Positions 36,303 through 44,266 of a DNA stretch of 64,000 bases are shown here, one piece after another. Numbering within the stretch: position 1 is the first letter of the stretch; each line of letters starts with the position of its first letter. Position numbers and translations under genes: made by a program. Under the pieces are notes generated by a model. It was not told the DNA's origin, did not search any database, and saw nothing but the letters and a program-made list of their open reading frames with translations. The stretch is from a virus, in the IMG/VR virus record IMGVR_UViG_3300044695_008209, positions 1 through 64,000 of that record; one strand, 5' to 3'.

Positions 36303-36620
36303 TTATGCCTCTTCGTAGTTCCCCTTTTCGTTCTTCCGGTACTTGACGGTCTCCGTCCCGCGGGAACGCAGGATGGTGTTGATGCTCCTCAGGAACGGGA
36401 GAGGCATGGTGCTGTCCTCGAGCGCCTTCGGGATGGGGACGTCGCCGAGTTCGGCGGCGCGGCCGACCAGGAGCACGAAGCGGATCTCGGTGGTGGTCTT
36501 GGGGTCGACGTACACGCCGGCGCGGACGCACTCCCAGGACACGCCGTCCTCCTCGTCGATGAGGACGTCCCCCGTCTTGGGGAAGAACTTCTTGTGACTC
36601 AGAACACCGATGGCGGGCAT
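36303..36620 (-). CDS. hypothetical protein (105 aa)
   Basis: GGAG RBS; TATAAG variant at 36652-36657. Confidence 0.65.
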   Translation of the reverse strand: MPAIGVLSHKKFFPKTGDVLIDEEDGVSWECVRAGVYVDPKTTTEIRFVLLVGRAAELGDVPIPKALEDSTMPLPFLRSINTILRSRGTETVKYRKNEKGNYEEA

Positions 36621-36668
36621 GCGGACTCCAGGTGGTTTCAGTTTCGGGGTTCTTATAGCCCCTCTTGA

Positions 36669-36701
36669 GTGTGAGTACAAGTCTTGCGCGTGTACTCACA
36701 C
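36669..36701. promoter_or_regulatory. perfect 11-bp inverted repeat (operator candidate) between divergent promoters
   Basis: GTGTGAGTACA-N11-TGTACTCACAC; half-site recurs at 38322-38334 and 46505-46514. Confidence 0.65.
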
Positions 36702-36718
36702 CCGGGTATGACCCGCCC
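36684..36718 (+). promoter_or_regulatory. sigma70-like promoter for leaderless mRNA
   Basis: TTGCGC-N17-TATGAC-N6-ATG, no Shine-Dalgarno. Confidence 0.55.
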
Positions 36719-37099
36719 ATGCCAGTTCTTCACGTACCTGCTACCGGCGGCGGCCTTCAGGAGACCCACGTCTCCTCCGGGCAGTCCCTGGCAGCCGCAC
36801 TCAAGGAGCTGAACCTCCTGGGTCTGGCCGCGCAGCGCGGGATGGAACGAAGGACCTCGGCGGGGTGGGTGCGGGTCAACACCTCTCGTACCCTCCGCCC
36901 GACGGACATCATCCGGATGCGTCCGCCTGTGCAGCAGGAGCGCAAGGACCAGGGCGCCGGCGTCGCCGCCGTCCTCACGAAGCTCATGAAGGCGCTCACG
37001 CGCAAGAAGGTACCCGATGAAGTTGATCGAGCTGGTGTACGAAGGCGGCGAGGTTCTCGACCTGTGCCTCGACTCCCAGAGGGAGTACCTCCGAAGTGA
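36719..37099 (+). CDS. hypothetical protein, possible beta-grasp (ThiS/MoaD-like) fold
   Basis: GQSLAAALKELNL...RVN...LRPTDIIRM pattern; 3' end overlapping next gene is doubtful. Confidence 0.5.
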   Translation: MPVLHVPATGGGLQETHVSSGQSLAAALKELNLLGLAAQRGMERRTSAGWVRVNTSRTLRPTDIIRMRPPVQQERKDQGAGVAAVLTKLMKALTRKKVPDEVDRAGVRRRRGSRPVPRLPEGVPPK

Positions 37100-37901
37100 G
37101 CTGCGAGAGCGCTTCCTCAGCGTCGACCTTCGCGGGAAGAACGCCCTCGAGAGGAAGGTGGTGCTCCAGCGCCTCGTGGCGAAGAGCGCGGTGTTCAACA
37201 ACGTCCTGATCCGAGGGCTGTCCGGATTGGCCGAGGCATCGCAGTTCTTCACGCGATCGAGCCTGCTCCTCGACGCCCTCGGGCGGTCCGAACTCCCCGG
37301 CACCCGCGAGCTCTCCCAGTGGGCGTTCCGCACGAAGAGGGTCTTCGCCTACAGCAGCCTGATGGCCTCCGCGATCCGGGCTGCGGGCATCGGAGCCATC
37401 TCGCGCCACATCGGGCCGTGGTTCCCCACGATCGACTTCGGAGTCAGCGAGGAGGTCTCGAACAGCATCGGGGTGCTCGGGCTGGGTCGCGGCGCCCTCA
37501 TCGTGTTGGGTGACCTCAAGCGCCGGCGGGAGCAGGAGGGGCTCGAGTACGACCTGGTCACGACCGAGAGTGTCCCCGGCACCATCAAGGCCTCCTCCGC
37601 CCTCGACGTCGCAGAGCGGTGCGGCCTCCTCGTGGCGCCCTACGAGGAGATCGACAACGGCGGACCCAACGAAGCGGCGTTGCTCGCCTTGGGCACGCGG
37701 CGCGTCCTCTGCACTTCGCCGACCAGTGCCATCTACGACCTGCGCATGGACGGTCGGCTGCTGAGCGCCGCTCGCTACGAGAAGGGCAGCTACGCGGACG
37801 CCGCGCTACGCTACCAGGGCATCGAGGCGTACATGGAGGCGATCAGCTCCACGCGCCTCAACGGGTACACCATTCCGGACGAAATCCTCAGGAGACTCTG
37901 A
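37017..37901 (+). CDS. glycosyltransferase GT-B (GT4)-like protein, divergent
   Basis: LLVAPYEEIDNGGPNEAALLALGTRRVLCTS aligns by eye to the GT4 C-terminal motif. Confidence 0.45.
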   Translation: MKLIELVYEGGEVLDLCLDSQREYLRSELRERFLSVDLRGKNALERKVVLQRLVAKSAVFNNVLIRGLSGLAEASQFFTRSSLLLDALGRSELPGTRELSQWAFRTKRVFAYSSLMASAIRAAGIGAISRHIGPWFPTIDFGVSEEVSNSIGVLGLGRGALIVLGDLKRRREQEGLEYDLVTTESVPGTIKASSALDVAERCGLLVAPYEEIDNGGPNEAALLALGTRRVLCTSPTSAIYDLRMDGRLLSAARYEKGSYADAALRYQGIEAYMEAISSTRLNGYTIPDEILRRL

Positions 37902-38131
37902 TGCCCACCTCGAGCGAGGCCTACTCCGCGGTCCCGGTGAACCGGAACGCACGCCAGCGTCTCATGCGCGCAGCGCGTCTCGGTACCCGACCTGTCCGAG
38001 AGACCCCGAACATCGGAGACGCCGTGCGCGCCGTCAGTGCGGTGGCTGCGGTGGCCGATGGGTGGAGCAGCAGCTCCGCGCCGTTCCCGAGTGCGATGAA
38101 GGAAGCCTGGGCCGCACGGACGGAGAGGTAG
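37901..38131 (+). CDS. hypothetical protein (76 aa)
   Basis: TGATG overlap, GGAG RBS. Confidence 0.6.
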   Translation: MPTSSEAYSAVPVNRNARQRLMRAARLGTRPVRETPNIGDAVRAVSAVAAVADGWSSSSAPFPSAMKEAWAARTER

Positions 38132-38134
38132 TCA

Positions 38135-38308
38135 GTGCCGCGACTCGTCCCGCTCAACCCGGCCGTATGCCCGCATTGCCGGAAGAAGGAGACCAAGCGC
38201 CTCGGCTTCTCCGAGGGCGACAAGGGCTCGATCTGGCAGTGCAGCGCGACGGAGTGCGGGAAGACCTTCACCGTCCCTACGCTCTCCCTCGTGAAGAAAC
38301 CCGGTTGA
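38135..38308 (+). CDS. small Zn-ribbon protein (57 aa), not in ORF track
   Basis: Manual translation: MPRLVPLNPAVCPHCRKK...IWQCSATECGKTF; GGAGAGG RBS. Confidence 0.7.
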   Translation: MPRLVPLNPAVCPHCRKKETKRLGFSEGDKGSIWQCSATECGKTFTVPTLSLVKKPG

Positions 38309-38342
38309 CAGGTGTGCTCACGTGTGAGTACAAGGCAGATGT

Positions 38343-38807
38343 ATGGCGTGGCCACTCGACCAGTCCCCGATTCCGGAAGTGGAGGAAGACGAAGTCGTCC
38401 CTCCCTCGGATGACATCGTGCGCGCAGCGTCTACCATGCCCGCGGGAGAGGCCAAGCGCTCGAACGCGGACGCCGTCCTCGACGCAGTTGCAGGTCGTGC
38501 ACCCTTCAAGAGACGTGACCCGCGCCTCTGTCCGAAGTGCGGATCGGCGTCGAAGACCCGCGGTTCGGTGATCGGGACCCAGACGCTCACCAGGCGCTGC
38601 CAGAACCCGAAATGCAAGAACGAGTTCATGACGGGCTCCATCCGGAACAACATCGAGGTTCCGCCTCCGCCCCCCAACCCGATGCTGCTCGGCGGCCCCT
38701 ACAAGGGCGGACCGGACCGCGGCATCGGGCGCCCTCCCATCGATCCGTACGAACCCATCAACCGCCGAGTCGCCGAGGTGATTCGCAGGAGCGTAGATGA
38801 AGACTGA
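38343..38807 (+). CDS. protein with Ogr/Delta-like Zn finger
   Basis: CPKCG-x19-CQNPKCKNEF spacing resembles P2 Ogr. Confidence 0.5.
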   Translation: MAWPLDQSPIPEVEEDEVVPPSDDIVRAASTMPAGEAKRSNADAVLDAVAGRAPFKRRDPRLCPKCGSASKTRGSVIGTQTLTRRCQNPKCKNEFMTGSIRNNIEVPPPPPNPMLLGGPYKGGPDRGIGRPPIDPYEPINRRVAEVIRRSVDED

Positions 38808-39702
38808 AGCGACCAGCTTCCCCCAGAGGGAAGACGGTGAACAGGCCTCGCGGCGACGCGCGGTACTCGAGCGCGCGAAGGCGCGTGCAGGGGCGGGCGG
38901 CGCACGTCCCGGACCGATGGAGAACGTCCCTCGGTTCGACGAAGTGCACGCCGCGGGCAAGACCATGAAGCCCGCGCCGGGACACGCCACGCCGCCGCCC
39001 GGGCTGTCCAAGGGCACCTCCGAGGCGCTCGCCGCGGTCGAGCGCGCGAACGAGGGCCGGCAGGCCCCCGCGGCGGAGCCGGAGGCCCCCGCGGAGGTGC
39101 AGGCTGAGGGGCCCCTGGACAGGGACGACATCGCCGCCCTCTTCGGCATCCCGCTCGACCGTGCCAGCGAGATCTTCAGCATCGCGTACCCGACGGCGGA
39201 CGACAACGTCTCGGTGCGTCGGCGCGTCGAGAGGCGTCTGCCCGCGCTCGACATCGGGGAGTTCCTGATGAACGGGAGTGCGACGCAGGCGGTCCCCCTG
39301 ATCCCGGTCACCGAGACCGTGAAGAAGGGCCTCACGATCACCTACCAGTCCGTGACCGAAGCCGTGGAGGCCGTGGTCGACTACCGGCTCTCCACCGAGG
39401 CCGCGAAGATCCGCAAGGAGCGGGACGGGGAGAAGTTCGTCGACGTCGAGATGTCCCAGCGGGAGTACGTGCGTCGCCAGAACGAGTACTCCCTCGCGGT
39501 CCACGTGCACGCCTACGGCGAGCAGAAGTGGCCCGCGCTCCTGACGGCGGCAGGCGCGGTCGACGAGAACTCGCTCGACTCGCGCCTGGCCAAGGTCCGG
39601 CAGATCCCCGCCCCCCTCTTCGTGATGGCCATCCAGAACCTCGCCTGGTTCCTCGACCGCGTGCAGCGGACACTGGAGGTAGCGGTTCTGGGAAATGGAT
39701 GA
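38797..39702 (+). CDS. putative tail assembly chaperone (G-like), ends in G GGA AAT slippery site
   Basis: X XXY YYZ heptamer at 39690-39696 in frame just before the stop. Confidence 0.55.
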   Translation: MKTEATSFPQREDGEQASRRRAVLERAKARAGAGGARPGPMENVPRFDEVHAAGKTMKPAPGHATPPPGLSKGTSEALAAVERANEGRQAPAAEPEAPAEVQAEGPLDRDDIAALFGIPLDRASEIFSIAYPTADDNVSVRRRVERRLPALDIGEFLMNGSATQAVPLIPVTETVKKGLTITYQSVTEAVEAVVDYRLSTEAAKIRKERDGEKFVDVEMSQREYVRRQNEYSLAVHVHAYGEQKWPALLTAAGAVDENSLDSRLAKVRQIPAPLFVMAIQNLAWFLDRVQRTLEVAVLGNG

Positions 39703-40139
39703 AGACCCCGTTGGGTTGGGCGAGGGCTCAGCTGATCGCAGATCACCTGGTCAAGCCCCCGCCTTACGGGTCTCTCCTCGAGCTCATGTGCCTGGTCGTC
39801 CAACGCGAACGAGCACAACTCCGGGTCCTGGGGGCCCGCGCGCAAGCGCAGGCGGCACTGGGTGGAGAGAGCGCAGAAGCAGCCTTCAAGGACTTCGTCA
39901 ACGCGAGCAACCGAGTTGAGACCGAGGACGTCAAGAAGCGGCTGCAGGTGCAGCTCGAGAAGCTCAAGGAGATCAAGGAGATCAGGTTCAAGCCGATGGA
40001 AGTGACCGGGAAGCAGCTCAAGCTGCCGAAGGTGACCGCGGGACAGCTCCGGGAGGCCGGAGTCCTCACCGACCAGATGAGACCCGCAGGACTGCCACAA
40101 CGCCCGCAGAGGGCACGAACGCAGAGGATCAGCAGATGA
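39699..40139 (+). CDS. putative tail assembly chaperone T-like segment (-1 frame partner)
   Basis: Open in the -1 frame through the slippery site; ATGA overlap. Confidence 0.55.
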   Translation: MKTPLGWARAQLIADHLVKPPPYGSLLELMCLVVQRERAQLRVLGARAQAQAALGGESAEAAFKDFVNASNRVETEDVKKRLQVQLEKLKEIKEIRFKPMEVTGKQLKLPKVTAGQLREAGVLTDQMRPAGLPQRPQRARTQRISR

Positions 40140-40453
40140 CAATCGACCTCCACCTGATCGGCGCGGGCGAGTTTCGCTCCTTCCGGGAGGACATCCAGGA
40201 CACCACGTACTTCCTGCGTTTCCTGCGGGCGGACGGGGCCATGTTCGACCTCTCCGCGACGGAGGAACAGCTCGGGCGGGTCCTCGGCTTCGCTGCATCG
40301 GCGGAGCCTGCCACCGAGGACCCGCCCGCCCCGCCGCTTCGCGCTGCGTCCCCGCCCGCCCCGGACGAGGATGCCCCGCCGCCTCTGCAGCTCCGCCGCC
40401 CGGCAGTGGCTCCCGTCCTGTTCCAGACCGATGACGACGAGCACGAGCTGTGA
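40136..40453 (+). CDS. hypothetical protein (105 aa)
   Basis: ATGA overlap. Confidence 0.7.
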   Translation: MTIDLHLIGAGEFRSFREDIQDTTYFLRFLRADGAMFDLSATEEQLGRVLGFAASAEPATEDPPAPPLRAASPPAPDEDAPPPLQLRRPAVAPVLFQTDDDEHEL

Positions 40454-40803
40454 GCACCGCGAGCTCCCTCGCCCTGCTGAGGATCGAGCACAAGCTCGAT
40501 CTTCTCCTCGCGTCTCTCAGCGCGAAGGACCCTGCGCTCCGTGTGCTCCTCGCAGAGGCAACAGGGCTGAGGGACTACAACGGCGACACCTGCCCGACCT
40601 GTCAGACGGAGATCAAGATCCGCTCCGACCTGACCACTGAAGAGTATGTCCGGACCTGCGGGTGCCGGCCCGAGATCCTCATCATCCCGGGAATCTCGGA
40701 TCTGAACATCCCGATCGTCGAAAAGAAGCCGACCGTCCACCCCCACGAACCAGAGGAACCCGACAATGCCGAAGTCCCAACTCCGAGCACGCGCCAAGGC
40801 TGA
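40450..40803 (+). CDS. hypothetical Zn-finger protein
   Basis: CPTC...CGC; GTGA overlap. Confidence 0.65.
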   Translation: MSTASSLALLRIEHKLDLLLASLSAKDPALRVLLAEATGLRDYNGDTCPTCQTEIKIRSDLTTEEYVRTCGCRPEILIIPGISDLNIPIVEKKPTVHPHEPEEPDNAEVPTPSTRQG

Positions 40804-41107
40804 GATCTTCCAGTGCATCATCTACGACACGAAGTCGCGGAAGCGCGCCATCGTGGTCTACGCCTGCGGTGACGACGTGAAGTGGTCGACCGACATCTTC
40901 GGGCTCTTCGACCGCGACCGCGTCAACGACGCCCCGAAGTGGCTGAAGGACCAGATCTTGGACCTCCCGGCGGATGCCGAGGCGCTGGACTTCCGCGGCC
41001 GCCCGGTGACGGGGAGCCCGCCGCAGCCCCAGGACAACGCTCCCGTGCTTCGGATGCCCGAGGGCGAGTCTCTCGGCGACGAGGACTCCATCCGGCAGGG
41101 GGTCTGA
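40766..41107 (+). CDS. hypothetical protein (113 aa)
   Basis: GAGG RBS, codon bias. Confidence 0.7.
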   Translation: MPKSQLRARAKAEIFQCIIYDTKSRKRAIVVYACGDDVKWSTDIFGLFDRDRVNDAPKWLKDQILDLPADAEALDFRGRPVTGSPPQPQDNAPVLRMPEGESLGDEDSIRQGV

Positions 41108-41108
41108 C

Positions 41109-41480
41109 GTGTACAGCGTCGACAAGATCCGGCCCCAGCCAGGGTGGGCGCTCTGCCGCACCCTGAAGCCGGTCACCTCCACGCGGAGCGGGCTCGTCTT
41201 GGCCGCGGGTGACCTGGAGACGGGAAAGACCACCGAAGCCGTCGCCGAGGTCCTCCGCGTCACGCCCGCCGTCGCCGATGGCGGGCGTGAGGTCGATCCC
41301 GGTTTCCAGGCGGGAGACAAGATCCTCATCCGTGACTTCGTGAAGTTCGCCAATCCGGTGGGCGATCTCGTCGGTGCGGATCGGAACGACCGCGTCTTCC
41401 TCCTCAACAACACGGACGCGTTCGCCGTGGTGAGCGGCCCCGGGACGCTCGGCTACTACGGCGAATACCAACTCGAGTAG
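41109..41480 (+). CDS. groES: GroES/Cpn10-like co-chaperonin
   Basis: KIRPQPGWALCR...TRSGLVL...AEVLRV...FQAGDKIL...LLNNTDAFAVV. Confidence 0.75.
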   Translation: MYSVDKIRPQPGWALCRTLKPVTSTRSGLVLAAGDLETGKTTEAVAEVLRVTPAVADGGREVDPGFQAGDKILIRDFVKFANPVGDLVGADRNDRVFLLNNTDAFAVVSGPGTLGYYGEYQLE

Positions 41481-41489
41481 GAGGGCGGC

Positions 41490-41732
41490 ATGCCTGGTAA
41501 CAAGGACGATCGCCTCCAGCTTCGGATGGAGCCGGAGCTCAAGGACTGGTTCAAGGACGATGCCGCCCCCGAAGGCGGCATGAGCCGCGTCGTCCACCAG
41601 CATGTCGCAGCCCGCTACGAGAAGAAGACCGGCAAACCTTGGAAAGGGAGCACCTCCGATGGAACGACAAAGACTGATCCCGGTGACGGAGGAGCGGCCG
41701 ATCTCGCGGAGCACGGTGCCGGGACTGATTGA
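41490..41732 (+). CDS. ribbon-helix-helix-like DNA-binding protein
   Basis: RLQLRMEPELKDWF...GGMSRVVHQHV. Confidence 0.55.
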   Translation: MPGNKDDRLQLRMEPELKDWFKDDAAPEGGMSRVVHQHVAARYEKKTGKPWKGSTSDGTTKTDPGDGGAADLAEHGAGTD

Positions 41733-42198
41733 GGCGTTCCAGGACGCGTTCCGCCATCCCTACAAGGTCGAGCTCCTCGTGTACCGCCGAGGGGAGCCCA
41801 CGTTCACTGTGGAGCGCCTCGTGCCGGAGAGCGCTCAACCCGGGAAGGAGGGAGCGGAAGACGGGATGGAGCAGTTCCTCACCCCCTTCCAGATGATCCG
41901 TCAGCACGCGGAGCTCGAGATCCAGGAACCGTACGGCCTCCTCCTGGAAGCGATCAGCCGTGCGATCCAGTCCCTCACGACCCGCGGGTTCAAGCTCACG
42001 ATGTTCGTCTGCTCCGACAAGGCGCTGGTGCGGAAGATGGGTCGAGACCTCCGCATCGAGGACATCTGGCAGGTGCCGCTCCACGAGGACCCGGACGCCC
42101 AGGACGGCGGGGTCTTCGTCGTCGGGTCCAAGACGGGCTCCAACATCCGGGACATCGAGACGGCAGTCATGTGCCGCATGGAAGGGGGCGTGCTGTGA
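41659..42198 (+). CDS. hypothetical protein (179 aa)
   Basis: Codon bias; GTGA overlap. Confidence 0.7.
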   Translation: MERQRLIPVTEERPISRSTVPGLIEAFQDAFRHPYKVELLVYRRGEPTFTVERLVPESAQPGKEGAEDGMEQFLTPFQMIRQHAELEIQEPYGLLLEAISRAIQSLTTRGFKLTMFVCSDKALVRKMGRDLRIEDIWQVPLHEDPDAQDGGVFVVGSKTGSNIRDIETAVMCRMEGGVL

Positions 42199-42875
42199 TC
42201 GCCGAGCTGTGCACGACCAACATCATCGAGGTCATCGCCGAGGCCATCGACCCGGAGAACCAGTCCGGGAAGATCGTCCTCAAGGTCCTGGAGGAGAAGC
42301 TCTGGATCCGGATGATGCAGGACCTCCTGCGCGCCGCGAACCCGCCAGACGGGTCCTTCGGCCTGGAGGCGCACAAGGTCTTCCACCTGGGCCAGGCAGG
42401 GGTCCAGTACACTTGGATTCTGGTGGTGTGGGGCGACCCGACGGACATCCTTCCGGCACTGACGGCCATCTTGGGCCGGAAGGTCGCTGCGCCGCCGGCG
42501 TTCGCGCTGGGCCGCGCCGCCCCGACTGCTCGGACCTCGGCGACGGCCCCGGCCGCTCCGTCGCCGACGAAGACTCCCAGGCCACCGCGCGCTGCCGATG
42601 CCGATGAGGACGCCCCGCTTCCCGAGGTCCGACTGGTCCTGAAGGAAGGGACCCACAACATCAAGCGGGTCGAGGACGTCGACAACGGCGTGACCAAGAC
42701 GCGCACAACGATCAAGTTGGCCCACGTGCGGGGCGAGCGCTTCGTCAGGAACAAGAACCAGCACGAGACCATCACGCTCGACAGCGGGCGAGGGCGGTTC
42801 AAGGCTGTGGTGCAAGGCCTCACGTCAGAGGCAGGATTCTCGTATCGCCGTGAAGGCGGGGATGGAGCGCTGTGA
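42195..42875 (+). CDS. hypothetical protein (226 aa)
   Basis: GTGA overlaps. Confidence 0.7.
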   Translation: MIAELCTTNIIEVIAEAIDPENQSGKIVLKVLEEKLWIRMMQDLLRAANPPDGSFGLEAHKVFHLGQAGVQYTWILVVWGDPTDILPALTAILGRKVAAPPAFALGRAAPTARTSATAPAAPSPTKTPRPPRAADADEDAPLPEVRLVLKEGTHNIKRVEDVDNGVTKTRTTIKLAHVRGERFVRNKNQHETITLDSGRGRFKAVVQGLTSEAGFSYRREGGDGAL

Positions 42876-43645
42876 TGATCGACCAGAACGCCGCAGCCCG
42901 ACGGAGCAAGATCGGGAGCTTGAGCTCGGGAGCCGTCCCGCACTACAAGAGGGGGACGAAGGCCCCCGCACCGCTGGGTGTGGACGGGAGCGAGGCCGGG
43001 ACGGAGGCGCTGAAGAGCCTTCTCGCCCGGGAGCCGGTGGAGAAGCTCGAGAGCGCGGGCAAGTTCTCGCGCGCCAAGTGGAAGCTCCAGATCTGGATCA
43101 AGTCGGGGCGCTCCATCCACAAGCCCTTCACGTTCACCCTCTCCTTCTGGGAATCCGGGAAGCGCCTGCACGGTGGCGGCGACGAGTCGGCCTTCATCTG
43201 CCGCCGGAATCCGAACGCCCCGAAACCGGTGCGCCCTCCCTTCCTCGCGATCGGACACAGCTCGACCTTCAAGAAGGAGGCGACTGCGGACGGGTGCGAC
43301 GGCATCATCCCCGGCGAAAACGTGATCGGTGGCTTCGCGATCTGCCCGGACTGCGGGATCCGCTGGGACACCGAGCACATCGCCGACTCCCTCTTCTACG
43401 TCCTCCCCGTCGAGGTCGCGGCCACCGTCATCGCCCAGTGGTTCAGGAAGCTGGACAGCAACTGCGACCTGTACCTGAAGTACCGGGACGAGGACATCCG
43501 GGTCAAGATGATGGCGCAATCCTACGGCTTGCACGAGGCCATGCGACACAAGGGCCTGATGATCTACTCGCTGGCGCGACTCATGCGAGATCTGGCCGGA
43601 GAGGCTACCTTGGAGTCTCGCATCAAGGCGGTCCTCCTGGCGTGA
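42872..43645 (+). CDS. hypothetical Zn-binding protein (257 aa)
   Basis: FIC...GC...CPDCG. Confidence 0.7.
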   Translation: MMIDQNAAARRSKIGSLSSGAVPHYKRGTKAPAPLGVDGSEAGTEALKSLLAREPVEKLESAGKFSRAKWKLQIWIKSGRSIHKPFTFTLSFWESGKRLHGGGDESAFICRRNPNAPKPVRPPFLAIGHSSTFKKEATADGCDGIIPGENVIGGFAICPDCGIRWDTEHIADSLFYVLPVEVAATVIAQWFRKLDSNCDLYLKYRDEDIRVKMMAQSYGLHEAMRHKGLMIYSLARLMRDLAGEATLESRIKAVLLA

Positions 43646-43679
43646 GGACTCCAGCACCTCCGCGGAGTATGCTCTCCTC

Positions 43680-44264
43680 ATGATCGACCAACACCAGGTG
43701 CACTTCTGCTTCGCCGAGATCACCAAGGCCGCTGCGATGCCGGGTGCCCTGGCACGTGCTGGGATCGGAGCTGCCGCCGGTGCCATCGCTGACGGCGGTC
43801 CCGCGGCGATGCACGCGCTCCGGGCGCACTCGGACGTGACTCGCCTTCGCGCTGCGGGAGCCCTCTCGCCCGAGCAGGAGAAGGCGTTCACTGCCCGCCA
43901 GAAGATCCACGCGGGCTCGCACGCCCTGCGCGGGGCACTCCTCGGCGCGGCCGGCGGTGTGGCCCTCCCGCACGCTGCGACCGCGGTGAAGAAGTACTCC
44001 GGAGAGGCCGCTGCACACCTCGGGCGCGAGTTCGGCCGCGGGGCTGCCGAGCACGCAGCTCCCGCTGCCAGGGCCGCGATGCACGAGGTCGCCGGCGCCG
44101 CGCCGGCCGTGGGACGTGCCGCAGCGGCGGGCGCCGCAGGTGCCGCAGGTGCCGTGGGAGAGAACGCAGCACGCGGCGCGGTCAAGGGCGCCAAGGACGC
44201 GCTGACTCCCTCCTGGGCCGGGCGACTCAAGGAGCACGCCGCGCGCTTCATGCGGGAGGAGTAG
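43680..44264 (+). CDS. Ala/Gly-rich protein, probable virion component
   Basis: TATGCT-N6-ATG leaderless start; hydrophobic Gly/Ala helices. Confidence 0.65.
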   Translation: MIDQHQVHFCFAEITKAAAMPGALARAGIGAAAGAIADGGPAAMHALRAHSDVTRLRAAGALSPEQEKAFTARQKIHAGSHALRGALLGAAGGVALPHAATAVKKYSGEAAAHLGREFGRGAAEHAAPAARAAMHEVAGAAPAVGRAAAAGAAGAAGAVGENAARGAVKGAKDALTPSWAGRLKEHAARFMREE

Positions 44265-44266
44265 TC

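Noticed and set aside
8245-36307. Canonical integron attC array
   Set aside because: A few junctions read GTTAGC or GTTAGG, but most are TTTAGC or CTTAGC. No RYYYAAC inverse core is seen and no IntI is in the window.
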